From Bigelowiella natans CCMP2755 (lineage: Eukaryota; Protista; Cercozoa): DNA of 64,000 nt. The position numbers were made by a program, and so were the translations under genes. Positions 1 to 14,139 of the stretch are shown piece after piece. Each line of letters begins with the position of its first letter. Positions within the stretch are counted from its first letter, which is position 1. Under the pieces are notes generated by a model that worked only from the letters and a program-made list of their open reading frames with translations, did not search any database and had not been told where the DNA came from. Where the stretch lies: the NCBI GenBank assembly GCA_000320545.1, contig ADNK01002596.1:62001-126000 (forward strand), written 5' to 3'.

Positions 1-196
1 AGGCTGCATGATGACAACAGCAACATGACGAATGAAGAAAAAGATGATTTCGTGGTCTCTAGCTTATTACGGGTGGAAGAGGAGGAGGAGGAGGAGGAGG
101 AGGAGGAGATGGAAAGTTAGACACTATTCGATTGGATATAGTAGCTGTAGTCGTTAATAGCTTGTTTGAATTTGAAGGAATAATAATAATGTGTGA

Positions 197-229
<33 letters not shown>

Positions 230-1583
230 ATTTGGTCGATCCTCCTTTTCCGCACCCCTTCCTCCTCGCCTTGTGCGCTACTCTACATATTGAAGAGAAG
301 AAAAAGAAGAAATAGAAGGGTATAAAAGATCATTACCCAATCTCCTTGTCGACCCTTCCCCCCCCCCCCCACCCCCATTACAGATATATTGGCAGCGTTT
401 ATTCACTGAATTGGACAAAAAGCTAGAATCGGAATCGAGGAATAGTGTTTCTGCAGCAGGAGGAGGAGGAGGAGGAGGAGAGCGCAAAAGTGATGTTGTT
501 GTTGGGGGTGATGATAGTTCTCGTAGTACCCGAATAAGGAGCCTCATCACACGATCGATGATGAAAAAGGACCAAAAACATTCATCGGAAGGAGGGGGGG
601 ACGCCGAGAAATGATGCTGAAGAACAAAACGATCTGCTGCCAAGATCTCGCCTTCATTCGTTGTCATTGGGCTGGTCGCGCACAAGAAGCGCCCTCGCAT
701 TGCTCATTAACGCGGCAAGGTTGAAGAAGTGTATTCTCATCATCATCATCTCTACTATTTCAAAGTCATTGATATCACGAGTCCATTAAACACGCTTCAT
801 CGTCCTCCTCTTTCGTTTGTCTTCCATACATCTAATATACTGTGTTTGTCGCTCGCCGTATTAGTCTTGCTGCTAAGAATATGATGAGATGTTGCTAACA
901 ACAAAAGGATCATAGAAAGTCGAATCACTGAGTTCCAGAATGTATGGGAAATTGCAATATCCCGTTCTTCTGCAGCCTTGGCACTTGGATTATTAGGTGT
1001 GATAATATACGGTAGAGGTAGAGGTTATGGAGAGGGAAGGAAAAGAGGAGGAGGAAAAGGGATAGTGGGGTTGTTTACTATCGATGCACTACTAGTGAGT
1101 AGAGTGAGTAGTACATGTTTTAAATCTCGATAATGGATCGACGTTGTTGTTGTCGGACGTACACTGATGATGATATATTTTATTGGGTGCCGTGTTTCAT
1201 GCCAGATCATCCTTTAGCATGAGCATCAACTCATCATTATCATCATCATCGTCATAACAGTATTACCATCACCAATTATTAGGCATAATTCTGTTTGTTT
1301 TGCCATCTACAACGGTGCTAATTTTGGTCGGCACATCGGTTCTATGCTGGCTATCGTCTGTTGGTGTAGCGGTGAGTATGATGATGATGATCATGATCAT
1401 GATCATGATGACGATGATGATGATCATGACCATCTTCCCACAACAAAGAATTTACTAACCAACCAAGACAACATCGCCCCCCTTGGCCCTCCTCCTCCTC
1501 CTCCTCCTCCTCCTCCTCCTTCTTCTCCTCCTCCTCCTCTCATACCTCTCCTCGTTTTAACTATAGGTGCGCCGAATCTCTGA
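1..1583 (+). CDS. Probable 3' part of an uncharacterised, possibly membrane, protein gene; reading frame fragmented
   Basis: Exon-like segments with GT/AG borders (e.g. ttacag|ATATATTGG at ~383, IYWQRLFTELDKKLE) and hydrophobic stretches. Frames break repeatedly and no family is recognised. Confidence 0.25.
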
Positions 1584-1733
1584 CATCGTCTCCACACACA
1601 TCGAGAGGAAAACAAATGTAACACACCAACAAATAGCGTTAGGTTCTTAGGATGGTTAAAACACAAATATATATTGTCATCATCGTTATAATCATCATTA
1701 AACACTACTTACTGATGACTCGAACGAAACCCT

Positions 1734-1767
<34 letters not shown>

Positions 1768-1815
1768 GGAGGCGAAGATTCGCAAGGAAGCTCTCTGTAG
1801 ATACGAAGAGCTGTA

Positions 1816-2374
1816 CAACAATTCACATGTGTGCTCATGATTGATGATGCACTAGCTAGCCAGAAAACGGCAAGATCATGCCACATCGCAACTCTGCAAA
1901 AATCGCTACTTGTGTCAACAATGATCATCATGCATTCATCGGTCATCAACACAACCACGTTCTTGTGGGAAAATTGCTTCCGAACAAGAAGTGCATGTTT
2001 GTGCAGCGCAAGTGTCATTCGCGTGACATCGATGCCACCAAGTGGCTTTCGCGAATGACAGCAGTGGGCTCGTTCATGCGTCTCCACCATTGGCAATCCG
2101 ATCCATGCTGGCTAGCTGGCCTTGCTTGCAATTGAATGAAATCCACATTGCTTCTGTTTCGATCCAGTCAGCTAGCTCAGCTAGCGATGTGACACTCACT
2201 GAGATGCGTGTGGCGCCACACATTTGACATGTCATGTTCCGATGACTAGACGAGCATGCTAGCATGAAGACGATGGAATCCATGCTTCATGATGGAGTGC
2301 CTAGTCGATCATGCATGCATCATGCAACGTGGGGTAGACATCTAGATCTTGTTCGAGACATGGCGGCCAAAATT
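1816..2374. other. TpA-depleted, CTAG-sparing intergenic island A
   Basis: By eye, 11 TA dinucleotides in 559 nt: 9 in CTAG, 1 in CTAC and 1 in GTAG. Rich in TGCA, CATG and CACA. Confidence 0.9.
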
Positions 2375-3055
2375 TAACACAACTACATGCACAAACGCAA
2401 GTGAATGCTGTGGACGAATTTTACGCTTAGCAATGCTGTGCCATGTGTGTCAGCGCTCATGTGCATGCTCAGAGGCCTACACATCTATCTTGCGCAGCAT
2501 GAACGTATGTGTAAAGCACACAACTATACAACTCTATCCAATGCTAGCATGTAGTGAAGAAAACATGAGCGTGGATGCGAAGAATAAGGCAATTTCTCAT
2601 CATTTACATATTTCGGTCATGCGTCTCTTCCTTGTCTTTCACTTTTGCAATGTATCTAGATGACATTGTCGCCGAATTTATGATACTCATCACGTCTTAC
2701 TTGCTTATAAAACTAGAAGTATCAGGCATCGAGCTAGGAGAGAGGAAAGATTTTTCATTGGAAGATTGATACAGTAGTTCTCTACGTCTGCTCAAGTTTG
2801 GTTGACTTATCTATTAGCTTCTAAATTTGTCCAGAGATAAAACATTACTTCCAGAGGTTTCATTTTTTTCGATAATTTTCATGATCAAATTACAATGATA
2901 ATAATAATAATAATTATTATTATTATTATTATGTAGTTACGTGGTTCTATGTTGAAAGAAAAACGAACGAATCCTTGCTTTATATATATTAATGCAATCA
3001 TTGATTCTTTCATGTTCCTTCATCGACGGCACTGAACTACTAGTGCTCAATTTAT

Positions 3056-4657
3056 TCATTCTTTCCACTTGTACTCAGGATGCAGCATTCTGATCTCAAC
3101 TACGTTCCGACACTGAGTCAATAATTTCTCTCGCTTGTGATCGTGAGTAATATGTCCGCTTTTAAACATCGTAAGGTAGAGGCCATAGAGACCTCTGTTG
3201 TTTCCTTTTGCGTTGTACACACTGAGAGATTGCAGCAAACTGTCTGGCATATCGAGGAAATCTATCACGTCTCCAATAGTATCATCAAAATCGCTCATCA
3301 GGTCCTCGAAATGGACGATGTATGTGCGCGAGTCATTGATAGTCTTACGATAAACATAAAGCATGTTTTCAATGATAAAATATGAAGAAGCAGCCTCCAG
3401 AGCAAGCCCTTGTTCTCTATGAAAGTGGGAGGAGGAGGAGGAGGAGGAAAAGCACGAGTCAGGTGACTAACAATAGATACATGTACGAGATACGTATCGC
3501 TTTACGTATGTTAAGTTATATTTACCGATAACTAGAGCTGATGAGATGGTGTATTATGACGATGATGGGGGGGGAGAGAAAGCAAAATGCTATAGCAAAA
3601 TGCTATTATCGTAAAAACATCTATGAATATGGATATAAATACATGTATACTACTATAAAGTTAATGATAATTGGGGTGCGTGCACACGCACAAGGTAGCA
3701 GCATACGTTGGTAAAGCATTGAGGGCATCTGCATAGTTGACTTTATCTGGATCAAGTCCCATCGTTTCCAATGTCGACGATACGTTGCAATATATATTCT
3801 TTAACGCCTCTGGGTATCTGAATAATCGTTCAAAAGTATGAGGAGGAGAATATGGTAAAGGGGAAAAAAAATTGTGTTTTTTGAAACGATTGCCGCATAC
3901 TCTAAACACTTAATATGTGAACAGCGTTGATTTTTTTGTAAGTTATACGTTGTCCGTCCCCCAGAATTTTCCAGCATCGCTTCCTCAAATATCTTACAGT
4001 CTTCAAAATGTGCTATGCGATTAGTGCCATTCATGCAGTATCTGATAGGATAGCCATAACGACACTATTTTAGGTAGATAAAAAAGAGATAGAATAGCGA
4101 TAATCTGATGGCATTTGCTTGACTTGACGACTGCACGACAAGAACTACTAACACAAAGCTGACATCTCTGCGGAGATCATGAATGAGGCAAGCTCCTCTA
4201 ATTCCACTGCTGATTAAAAAATCCACGGCCTGATGATGGATATGGTTGGATATTATGAGGTCGCTCGAGCACAGCAGTATGGAATGAGTAGACCTGCTTG
4301 GAACGAGGTTTCCAATTTACGTGGTTCTCATGTCGCTTGTTGATGAGTTGATCCTGCACCCATAAATCAATCTGGTTCGAGCAGGCAGTATCGAGAGCAA
4401 CGATCGCCTCCGGTAGCATCTGGGATACTGCTACATATGCTATATGTAGCTATCACCAAGGAAGCTAACATGCTCATGAAGCAAACACCCATAAGGATCT
4501 TGAATGCCCCCTTCCACTTGCTCATGATCAACGTTTGGTATCCCTCCCGGGGCAAGCCACCAACCAGACGAAGTGAACAAACTGAGGGAGGATGAGGGTG
4601 GTGGTGTCCAACTTTGTTATGAGATCCCATTATGTCCAGATTCTTCCAAATTATCAT
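3056..4657 (-). pseudogene. Sulfotransferase-like (PAPS-dependent) gene, apparently frameshifted
   Basis: The C-terminal exon YIVHFEDLMSDFDDTIGDVIDFL resembles the sulfotransferase 'YEDL...FLG' motif. GSHNKVG followed by a 1-nt shift gives TTTL, like the 5'-PSB loop HHKtGT. The middle part switches frame several times without clear splice sites. Confidence 0.4.
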
Positions 4658-5308
4658 GTCGCAAGCTCAAAATGTATTTTGTCTTCGTGCATTTACAGCT
4701 TACGACGACCAATAGGCAGCCCACAATAACGATAAGACCTAAGATTTGGGTTTTCCCGGCCTAAAAATGGCATTCGTCACGACCATACGACAAGAAGATG
4801 CTGCGATCAACGATCAAGATACGATGTACACGTCTAGTTCTTGCTAAAAAATGAAAACATCACGATTATTCTACAGTCGCAGGTATAAAATCACCACAAA
4901 ATCTAGAAAATAATGCAGGCAAAATACACTCTGCTTTGAACTCTCCGGTAATGGCTCCTGCCCCCCCCTCCCCAGGCTCTGGCTGAGGTATGTGCAGAAA
5001 TAAATTACAGTTAAAAGTGCATTGGTTGTTTAACTTGCGTGTGCATCCGATGATTGTGTCTTGAGAGTATGAGATGGGGAATAAGAGGCTAAAGAAAAAT
5101 AAAGTCCTTTCTTTTTTATCTTCACAAAATACCTCTCCAACCAGCCACAATGACGAGAAACAACAAGAATCGGAGTTTTCCTTCCCCAACACGCAAGCCC
5201 CATCGGAAAGGTGGGATTAGAATAGAAATAGTAGTTCAATCAGCTCCTCCTCCGTTCCCGGAAATGATATTACTTTCTTTAGACTCGATAGTAGTCATCA
5301 TGATTTAG

Positions 5309-5464
5309 TTGGCCACACTTATCATAGGTGGCCAGAGTTTGTCACCACGGTCATCCTATGGACAGCAATCTCCAGGGCGTCCTCACAAACCTAAGTCGCA
5401 GGGCACTACTACCTACGGTGATGGTGGTATAAGAAAATCGCCTGGAAAGTCTAAGATTCCGCCG

Positions 5465-5495
<31 letters not shown>

Positions 5496-6574
5496 TAACG
5501 GGAGAGAGATTCAGGTCAGGACCAGCTTAACTGTCACAGTTTACAAATACTACGTTTTTAAATCCCTCTTCCCCTCTTATAATCCTCGATACATGTTTAC
5601 ATCGACGCATGACTAATGGAGTTAGGGCGAAGTGTTTGTTATTGTTGTTTCTCATCAGCATCATCGTCATCAGCATCATCGTCATCATCATCATTATCAT
5701 CATTATCATCATAGGTTTAGGGTCCAGTCATCCGCCAAACCATTCTTCCCAAGCAAACCACGGCAGCAGCGTGAAGAAGGAGGAGGAGGAGGAGGACCTA
5801 GGGGGGGGGCATATTTCAGTACGCATCCTCGTTCGTCGCCCAATTTCACGTCTCCCGCTAAGTAAGAACACACGAAAATAAGCCAGCAGCTCCACATAGG
5901 GAGGAGGCGAGAGAATCGCATCTAATAGATCTAATTGATATAGCATATCACATATATTGGACAATATAACAACAACATTTGACTAGCAGCTCACAATCTA
6001 TTTATTTATTTACAACAAAAGACGGTGGAATGATGAGAAGAAGGCAATGGAAGCTGTAGGCGATAGCAGCAGCAGCGTAGAGACTACTCTACCCACGACA
6101 GATTTTCAACGACAACAATTTCATTACCATTCTGCTGCTCACTCAAGGTAGTAGGTAGATGAGTAGTAGAGGTTCATCAAAACTCTTAGTCGGTAGCGGC
6201 AGTAGTAGGAATAGTAGTGTAGTTGTGTATGGATGATATTTCATCAAGTTCTTGTCTATTGGAAAGGAGCTTATATCTCCCAAATAGCACAGTTGAGAAA
6301 AAATGTGCTATCAATGATAGTTGTTTGGCGGGTTAGAGAAATTATTATTGCAAGACGATTCAACTTAATTTTCCTCATGATCAGCACAGTTACCTGTTTT
6401 TTGTAGTATTTTAGCGATAACATATACATAATATATGTGTAATAGTAGTAGTGGAAGTGGTGGCACGAGGGTACTGTCGCACTATGATAGAAAGGCGGCA
6501 TTGTCAAATCAAGGTATCTAGATAAATACTCCTAGTAACTTGTAGTAGATGATAAACAACTCGGTACTCTCCCC

Positions 6575-6618
<44 letters not shown>

Positions 6619-7053
6619 ACATACACACACAACAAATACACAAACCATTATATTCTAATTTGCTACTGCTATCAATATTCACTGTTCGTCATCGTCGTCA
6701 CATGATGAGTATCGTCCTTATACATCATCAATTTTGTATTGATAATTCAATAACAGATGAAAGTAGCAAGATGCTACCCCCTTTCCAAGCTATGATGATT
6801 AATATGGGCAGCATGCGACAGCAGCAGCAACAGCACATCAAAATGATGGTGACAACAGGCCGGAGTGCTACCACTACAACAACTGCTACAGCTACTACTG
6901 CAACCACCATGCCGCCACAGCATCAGCAGCAGAAGAGAGTCAAAAGAAAGGTGATTGATGGTGGTGGTGATGACCATATAACCTACCCAGGAATAATTAA
7001 TTACTAATGGTTATACTCGTGCAGAGCTCTTCTCCTTTTTCTCTCCATTATAT

Positions 7054-7129
<76 letters not shown>

Positions 7130-7885
7130 CTTGCATTTTTCACTTTATTTATAGCTTTGACTTAATCGATGATCATGGTACTAAAACTATTTTGTAGTCG
7201 TCATCGTCGTTATTAATCGAATGTGTTGTCCGTGTTTAATAATAAATAAATCAATTGAAAAATAAACAACCTCTGATGATCAGGTTTGCGAGGGCACAAA
7301 AGTGTCAAAACTTACCTTTCACTATGATCCCCCAGTACAATCGTGTAAGCTCACACCGTATTTTTTGGTGGAAACCAAGGACGGCGATTTAAGGTGCAGA
7401 GAACGAAGAAAAAGAGAAGAAGAAGAAGAAGAAGAAGAAGAAGAAGAAGAAGGAAAAGAAAAATAAGAAACCACTCTTTCGTCGTTATTATCGGTGTCAC
7501 CATCTATTTTAGAAAAAATGGTGATAGTAACAAGAACAACAACATAGGCCTGTTGAAGAGTCCGACGACATGCAATATCGATGGTTTAGAGGTAATAACA
7601 GATCGTGAAGAAATGAGATGATGATCATCCAAAAATTAAGGAGAGAGATAGAAGAAGAAGAAGAAGGTACGGGGAAGATGACGATAACAACGGTTGGCAC
7701 GATCATCATTTGCCAACATTTTCATAAGGTGACATCATCACCAGGGGTTGTTGTGTGCTATCAATTTAAGCATCATCGTCATCATCATCATCATCATCAT
7801 CATCGTCATCTTACTCAGGAAATAAAAGTGTGTGCATTATTTGTGGAGAACGAGCTACTATTCAATGCCTCTCGAGCATCAAGGT

Positions 7886-7941
<56 letters not shown>

Positions 7942-8031
7942 TGTGTATGTGTAGGTGTTTCTTCTTTCTGTAGCAAGGAAGGAAGCTCTTTGACAAAACT
8001 ACTACTTACTACTATCTCTATACATATGCTC

Positions 8032-8064
<33 letters not shown>

Positions 8065-9227
8065 CAGTAGAAAGCATAATGTATATCTAGAGTAGGATGA
8101 AGCTGCCATCTGATTCCTACTTCGCTACTACGTGTGAATCAATGGCTCACTGACACATCATCATCATCATCATCATCATCATTATTGAACATATAATCAG
8201 GTGGAGATGGGAAGTGATCAGTGCTGTTTCTGCTCATCGAAGTGTATGAAAATCGGCTTTGATGTAATATTATAAATATAACAGCTGTAATTTGTCATGA
8301 TGATCAGCTGGTGGTTACACATTAATGCAACGAGAAATTGCACATGTTGTGTAATCTCCTCCCTCTTCTCTTTTCGTCTGGATGGTGTCCCTTTTGCGTA
8401 TCGTTAGTCTCGGAGAAAGATCTTTGACTCTCACCCATCTATTCTGGGCAACATCGAGTAATACTTACCCACTACTCGAATAATAGTAGCAAAGAATTCA
8501 CATTAACCTTATCACTGGAAGAAGGGGGGGGGGGGGGCTGGGGGAGATAAATGAGAATCACTGATGAGCTGTGTTTTTGCCGCCGTGTTATGATAATGAC
8601 TTGATAAGGATTGTGTTTGGCCTGTTGTGATGTGTACGACCTTCAGCCTCTCTCTCTCTCTCTCTCTCTCTGTATGTGTATGTCTGTGTGTGTTTAACAA
8701 ATATATTTCTTCTTCTTATCGGTTCTTCACTACTACCACTGGGTAACTGCCCCCCCATCATCAGATGGAAGGAGGATGGTTATGATAATGAAGATGATGC
8801 TTATCACATCTCTGATAAACTCATCACTACGACGGGAGGAGGAGGAGTCGGTAGTAGTAGAAGAGAAAGTAGTTAGATGATCATCATCATCATCACTGTG
8901 GATAGATTAAATAGATTGATAGGTGCATAATAGTGCATGATGAATCAACGAATAAACGACAAATATACTCTCCATGCACTCATAAGAAGCAAAATCATAT
9001 GATGTTATTATTATTTGCCACCCTGACCTACTAACCATTTCTTGTGCTAAATTTACTTTTATAACATCAAGATGGGAAAGAAAAGGGCGCAGCAGCCAAC
9101 TTGAAGAAGAAGAAAGAATGGCCCCTTTCTGCCTTGTTCTCCCGCAATCCACCTCCATGGAAGGTAAACAACCACACCCAAATAAATTATACCACCTCTG
9201 GTACTACTGCCACTACTATTACTACTG

Positions 9228-9263
<36 letters not shown>

Positions 9264-10016
9264 TTACTACTCAGTTGTCAGTCAGTGCGTTAACGGCTGG
9301 TTACGACGTTGTTGTTGTTGTGTTTGTATGTACGAAGGATAATTGGACATTGATTCATGAATCTCGTCATTACCGACCACAAAAGGATGATGTTGGGTGT
9401 AGATTAAGGTAGGTGCCATCGTCAGTCGTCTTCGTGAATTACATAGTACAATGATATGGACAACCTAAGCCTACTACATATCATCATCATTATTATCATT
9501 GCATCATTATTATTATCATCATTATCATCATGCAGGCTAGATGCAGGGCTAGGGGCAAATCCACGAGAGTCGTGGTCAAATATCTTGACGAGTACCGTGG
9601 TGAAGGAGCCTGAGTGAGTAAATCGATACGAATTATAGCATCATCATCATCATCATTACATCATCATCATCATCATCGTGCTCACACAACACAGAAAGTG
9701 AGTTGGGGATATTACTATGATGTTACATAGAGCACCAAAACCACGACGAATGATTAGATCTACAGAGCACCAAACGGCTATCAGACCGAAGCCAACGTGT
9801 AAGGTACTACTACTACTGCTGCTGCTGCTACTACTACTACTACTACTACTTGTACCATAGAACAAGTAGTAGTAGTAGTAGTAGTAGTAGTAACTAGGGG
9901 TTACATATCAATCGATGCTAATGCTGTTTTGTGAGAAGTGTGTTGATTCATCATAATCAACATGGTAATAATCATAAGATTTCATTGCTTCTTTGTATCA
10001 CCATAATTACGTATTG

Positions 10017-10067
<51 letters not shown>

Positions 10068-10074
10068 ACACTCA

Positions 10075-10127
<53 letters not shown>

Positions 10128-10611
10128 CAGGTGCTGAACTACAATATTTTGGCTGATATCTACGCTACAGGGTGAGTGAATACACGATGAATTTATAGAT
10201 AAGCAAGAATCAATCAACAGCCAATCATACGAGTAGTGAATAAAATTGCTGTCATTATTATTATTATTATTTTTATTATTATTATTCGAGGAATGAAGCA
10301 GCACGGTATGATCATGAGCGTATCCTCTTATTTGTATACTACAGGTCAATGTACCCATACTGCCCTCTTTGGGCGTTGGAATGGGAATACCGTTCTCAGC
10401 GTATTCTGAACGAGATCATAGAATATAAAGCTACCATCGTCTGCCTGCAGGAGGTGCAAGAGAATCATTATAAGAAATTCTTCCTACCCAAGCTCACTCA
10501 ATACGGCTATGATGGGGTCTTTAAGAGAAAGGTATTATGATGGAAGAAGAGAGGAGGTGGAGAGGACATATTAATAGCAACAACAACAATAATTATAATA
10601 ATTATGATATA

Positions 10612-10644
<33 letters not shown>

Positions 10645-12373
10645 TGTTTTCGTCGTCGTCGTATTAGTAGTATGGCGATTTAACGCATTGTTGTTGTATG
10701 TGCCGCTTAATTCTTTTCTCTGCTGCATTTCTAACAACAATCCATTTGTACAAGTTATTACTATCGGGTGTGAGATGTTTGGTTTCCCAGTGTATTATGA
10801 TGATTGACCAAACCTTGTTGTTGTTATCGTTGTTTCCTCGAATAATATGATGATTTTGTATAGACTCGTGAGTCACGTACTGTTGACCCTGATGAAGTAG
10901 ATGGATGCGCTATTTTCTTTGAAAGGTAGTAACAACAACCACAACAACAACCATAACAACAATATCTCTCCGTGGTGGGTGGGTAGGGTGTTATTCACTG
11001 CAATATTCTCTTCAATCCTGTCCTCTCACTACTACTACTACTAATAATAATAATAATAATAATAATCATATGACTGACTGTTGTGTTCTGTGATTTCCAC
11101 CCCCCCCCCTTAGGAAGCGGTATGCACTGCGTGAGCGCCATGATGTAGAGTTTAACTCAATCGCCGAGATGGTACTATCATCATCATCATCATCATCATC
11201 ATTGTCATTATATTATCATCATCAATAAGTCTAGTCATTCTCGTCCTTGTGAAATGAAGTGGTGATGACTTTATCCTCCTCCTCCTCCTCCTCCTTTGTA
11301 TTATTGACTACCCTTTTGCTACTACTACTTACGCATGTGCGTATGTTGCTGCTGCAGCATATTCATGACCGCTCTCTATTGAGGAGATGTATGAAAGGAA
11401 ACATCGGAATAGTGCTCATCCTGGTAATTATTATAAAGTAGAAATCAATAACAGTAGTGCCACTATTTGTGTATTTAAATTGTATATTTCCTATTATTGT
11501 GCATGGATGATGGACATAATCCAGAAACACAATTCAGACGAAGAGGAGAGATCCTGCTATTCCCCTCCTCCTCCTCCTTTGATATGAGCACATATTATCT
11601 GCTGGTGTTGATCTGATGATGTATTGTACTCTACACTTAGGAGGAGCTTGGAGTGAGGTTACCCGGAGGGTCTCAGGCCAACATCTGTGTCGCCAACACC
11701 CACATCTACTGGTAGGGAGTGGGAGGAGGGAAAAACAACTTCCGTGTTCTTGTTGTAGTGTAGTATAGTAGTATCCAAGTAGCAGTATTCATTGGTATTA
11801 TGCGCTTATTATTCTCACGTGGTATGTATGTACTACTAAGCTTGTTAACTTGATCAGCTGGTCTTATTATTGTTGATATGATGATTTCTTTTTCTCTCTT
11901 CGGTCTTTGTTCTTCTTCCTTCAGGGATCCTGAATTCCGCGATGTTAAGTTGTGGCAGACGATGGTGCTCATGCAGCACTTACAGAGGTAGTAGTAGTAG
12001 TGGTAGTAGTAATAATGTGCTAATTAATTACCTACTTATTGCTTATTGACGCGCATATAGACGAGTTGTGTTAAGAAGTAGCTATCATCATCATTATCAT
12101 AATCTACTATCTATATCCTTGGTAGCTATGCCGCTGCTGCCTTACCCAATTCAATTTGCCAAAGCAGTAAATAATACGAAATATAGGAAAAAGAAAGAAT
12201 ATCTTCTCTCCTCCTCCTCCTCCTCCTCCTCACTCCCCCTTCCTGTTCTTCTTTCCCTCTTATTATATTGATGCTGTCACACTTACTACTGTCTAGTCGC
12301 TTCATGCAACGTCAGAAGCTACCCCTAATTTTATGCGGTGACTTCAACTCAGAGGTAGTAGTAGTAGCACTTC

Positions 12374-12406
<33 letters not shown>

Positions 12407-12836
12407 CAAGTAGTATGATTTCAGAGGATGATGATGTAGTAGTACTGCTATTATTTCTGAGTCGTGTAAAGGTGGTGAGTAGTACGGGTCTCATTATTAT
12501 TTGATAATGAGCAACATATATTTGTATTATATGCTAATATGTTTATGCCAAATGTGGGCTGCATGGATGGATGGTGCAGATGATGTGAAAAGGATATCTT
12601 TGTTGCATTCACAAATAACCTCAATCTAGCTGCATTATTACCTGTCGGTACTTCTACTCTTTATTTTACTCACTCCTTGTTTTTCAGCCTAATAGCGCCG
12701 TGTACCAATTCCTCAGTGAGAATATGGTCAGTAGTAAAGAATTATGATGTTGTCATTTACTACCAATAGTATTAGTATTCTTGGCGGCTGATCATGATGA
12801 TGGTGATACTACACCTAAGAGGAGGAGGAGGGTGCA

Positions 12837-12870
<34 letters not shown>

Positions 12871-12910
12871 TCACAAAAAACACTGCAAACACACACACAC
12901 ACAATATATA

Positions 12911-12944
<34 letters not shown>

Positions 12945-12988
12945 CATCTCATTCACGTATGCATCATCTTATGTTCTGTTTGGTTGGT

Positions 12989-13034
<46 letters not shown>

Positions 13035-14043
13035 CCCTCTCTCTTTCCCTCTATCTCAACTTGGTAGATTGCTAGCGACAACCCAATCATGAAAGATGCA
13101 AGGACTCAGGAATTGTTCTTCAATATGGCTATTGAGCACCAACTCCCGCTGCAGGTATGTATGATCATTATTAGCCATCCTTTGCCGATGTTCTATTTAG
13201 ATATGTGGAAATATATAAAGAATGATGTTTCCCGCTACTGTTGCTGCTGTTTCTTTGTGGAAATTGTTGCGCAATTACCATTTTACCCTCAAAAATTTAT
13301 TTTTGATTGATGAAGTAATAACGAGGGTTGGTGTGTTGTTGTTGTTCTCTGAATAGAGCGCGTATTCCGTGGTGGGGGAACCTCCTTTCACCAACTACAC
13401 CGGCCATTACGTCGGCACTTTGGACTATATTTGGTACCACTACTGCTGCTGCTGCTACCACTACTACTGCTACTATTTAGTGCTAGGAAGCACCACCATC
13501 ATCCAGCATCCACACACATACTTACCAGAAACATCAGTCAATGAGTCATTTAGTCACTCAATGAGTCAGTACGTAAGCAGCAGCAGCAGCAGCAACATCA
13601 ATATTCGGCAAGAGGGAGGAGGAGGGACCTTTAACTGCCGAGTGTTGCTACAGCCTACACAATACTACTGCTCTAATTTCTTCTCAAGAATCATGACGAC
13701 GTGCGATCTTTTTGTCACCTTTATGTTAGGTTCTCGCACGATATGCTCAAGCCTGTGGCCATACTCGAATTAAATGACGAGGAAGAGCTAAAAAAACATA
13801 CTGCGTTGCCCTCTCCTCTGGTTAGTCATTAGTTTTTTTGTGTCTTAATGGTTTTGATGACAATGACAATGACCATGGTGCTGGTGAATCTCTAACGCAG
13901 CACATCATTATTTCCTTCGTAAATTCGAAAGTGTCAATTGTATGATTCACATGACTATCATTTCTGAACCGCGCTTTAATCTTTGATTTACGCAGCATCC
14001 TTCGGACCACGTACCATTGCTAGCAGAGTTTGTAAGAAGATAA
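5309..14043 (+). CDS. CCR4: CCR4/CNOT6-family EEP deadenylase, plant CCR4a/b-type (N-terminal Cys-rich zinc region, no LRR); about 20 exons; start codon not resolved
   Basis: Spliced exons read VLNYNILADIYAT (10131), MYPYCPLWALEWEYRSQRIL..CLQEVQ (10349), VDGCAIFF, ICVANTHIYW|DPEFRDVKLWQ, LILCGDFNSE|PNSAVYQFL, GEPPFTNYTGHYVGTLDYIW and HPSDHVPLLAEFVRR* (TAA 14041-14043). N-terminal exons read CIICGERATIQC, CFCSSKC and WTLIHESRHYRPQKDDVGCRL. Confidence 0.95.
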
Positions 14044-14139
14044 TTACAAACGTATAATAGCAGCATTCAGTCATTGTTTCAGCACCAAAATTCTAAAGTG
14101 CGGGGAGCATCAGATCTCTTGAATCAATCAGGAAATTAC

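Noticed and set aside
1816-2374. Islands explained by CpG methylation decay or fungal-type RIP
   Set aside because: CpG remains common in the islands and TA is lost rather than gained, the opposite of those processes.
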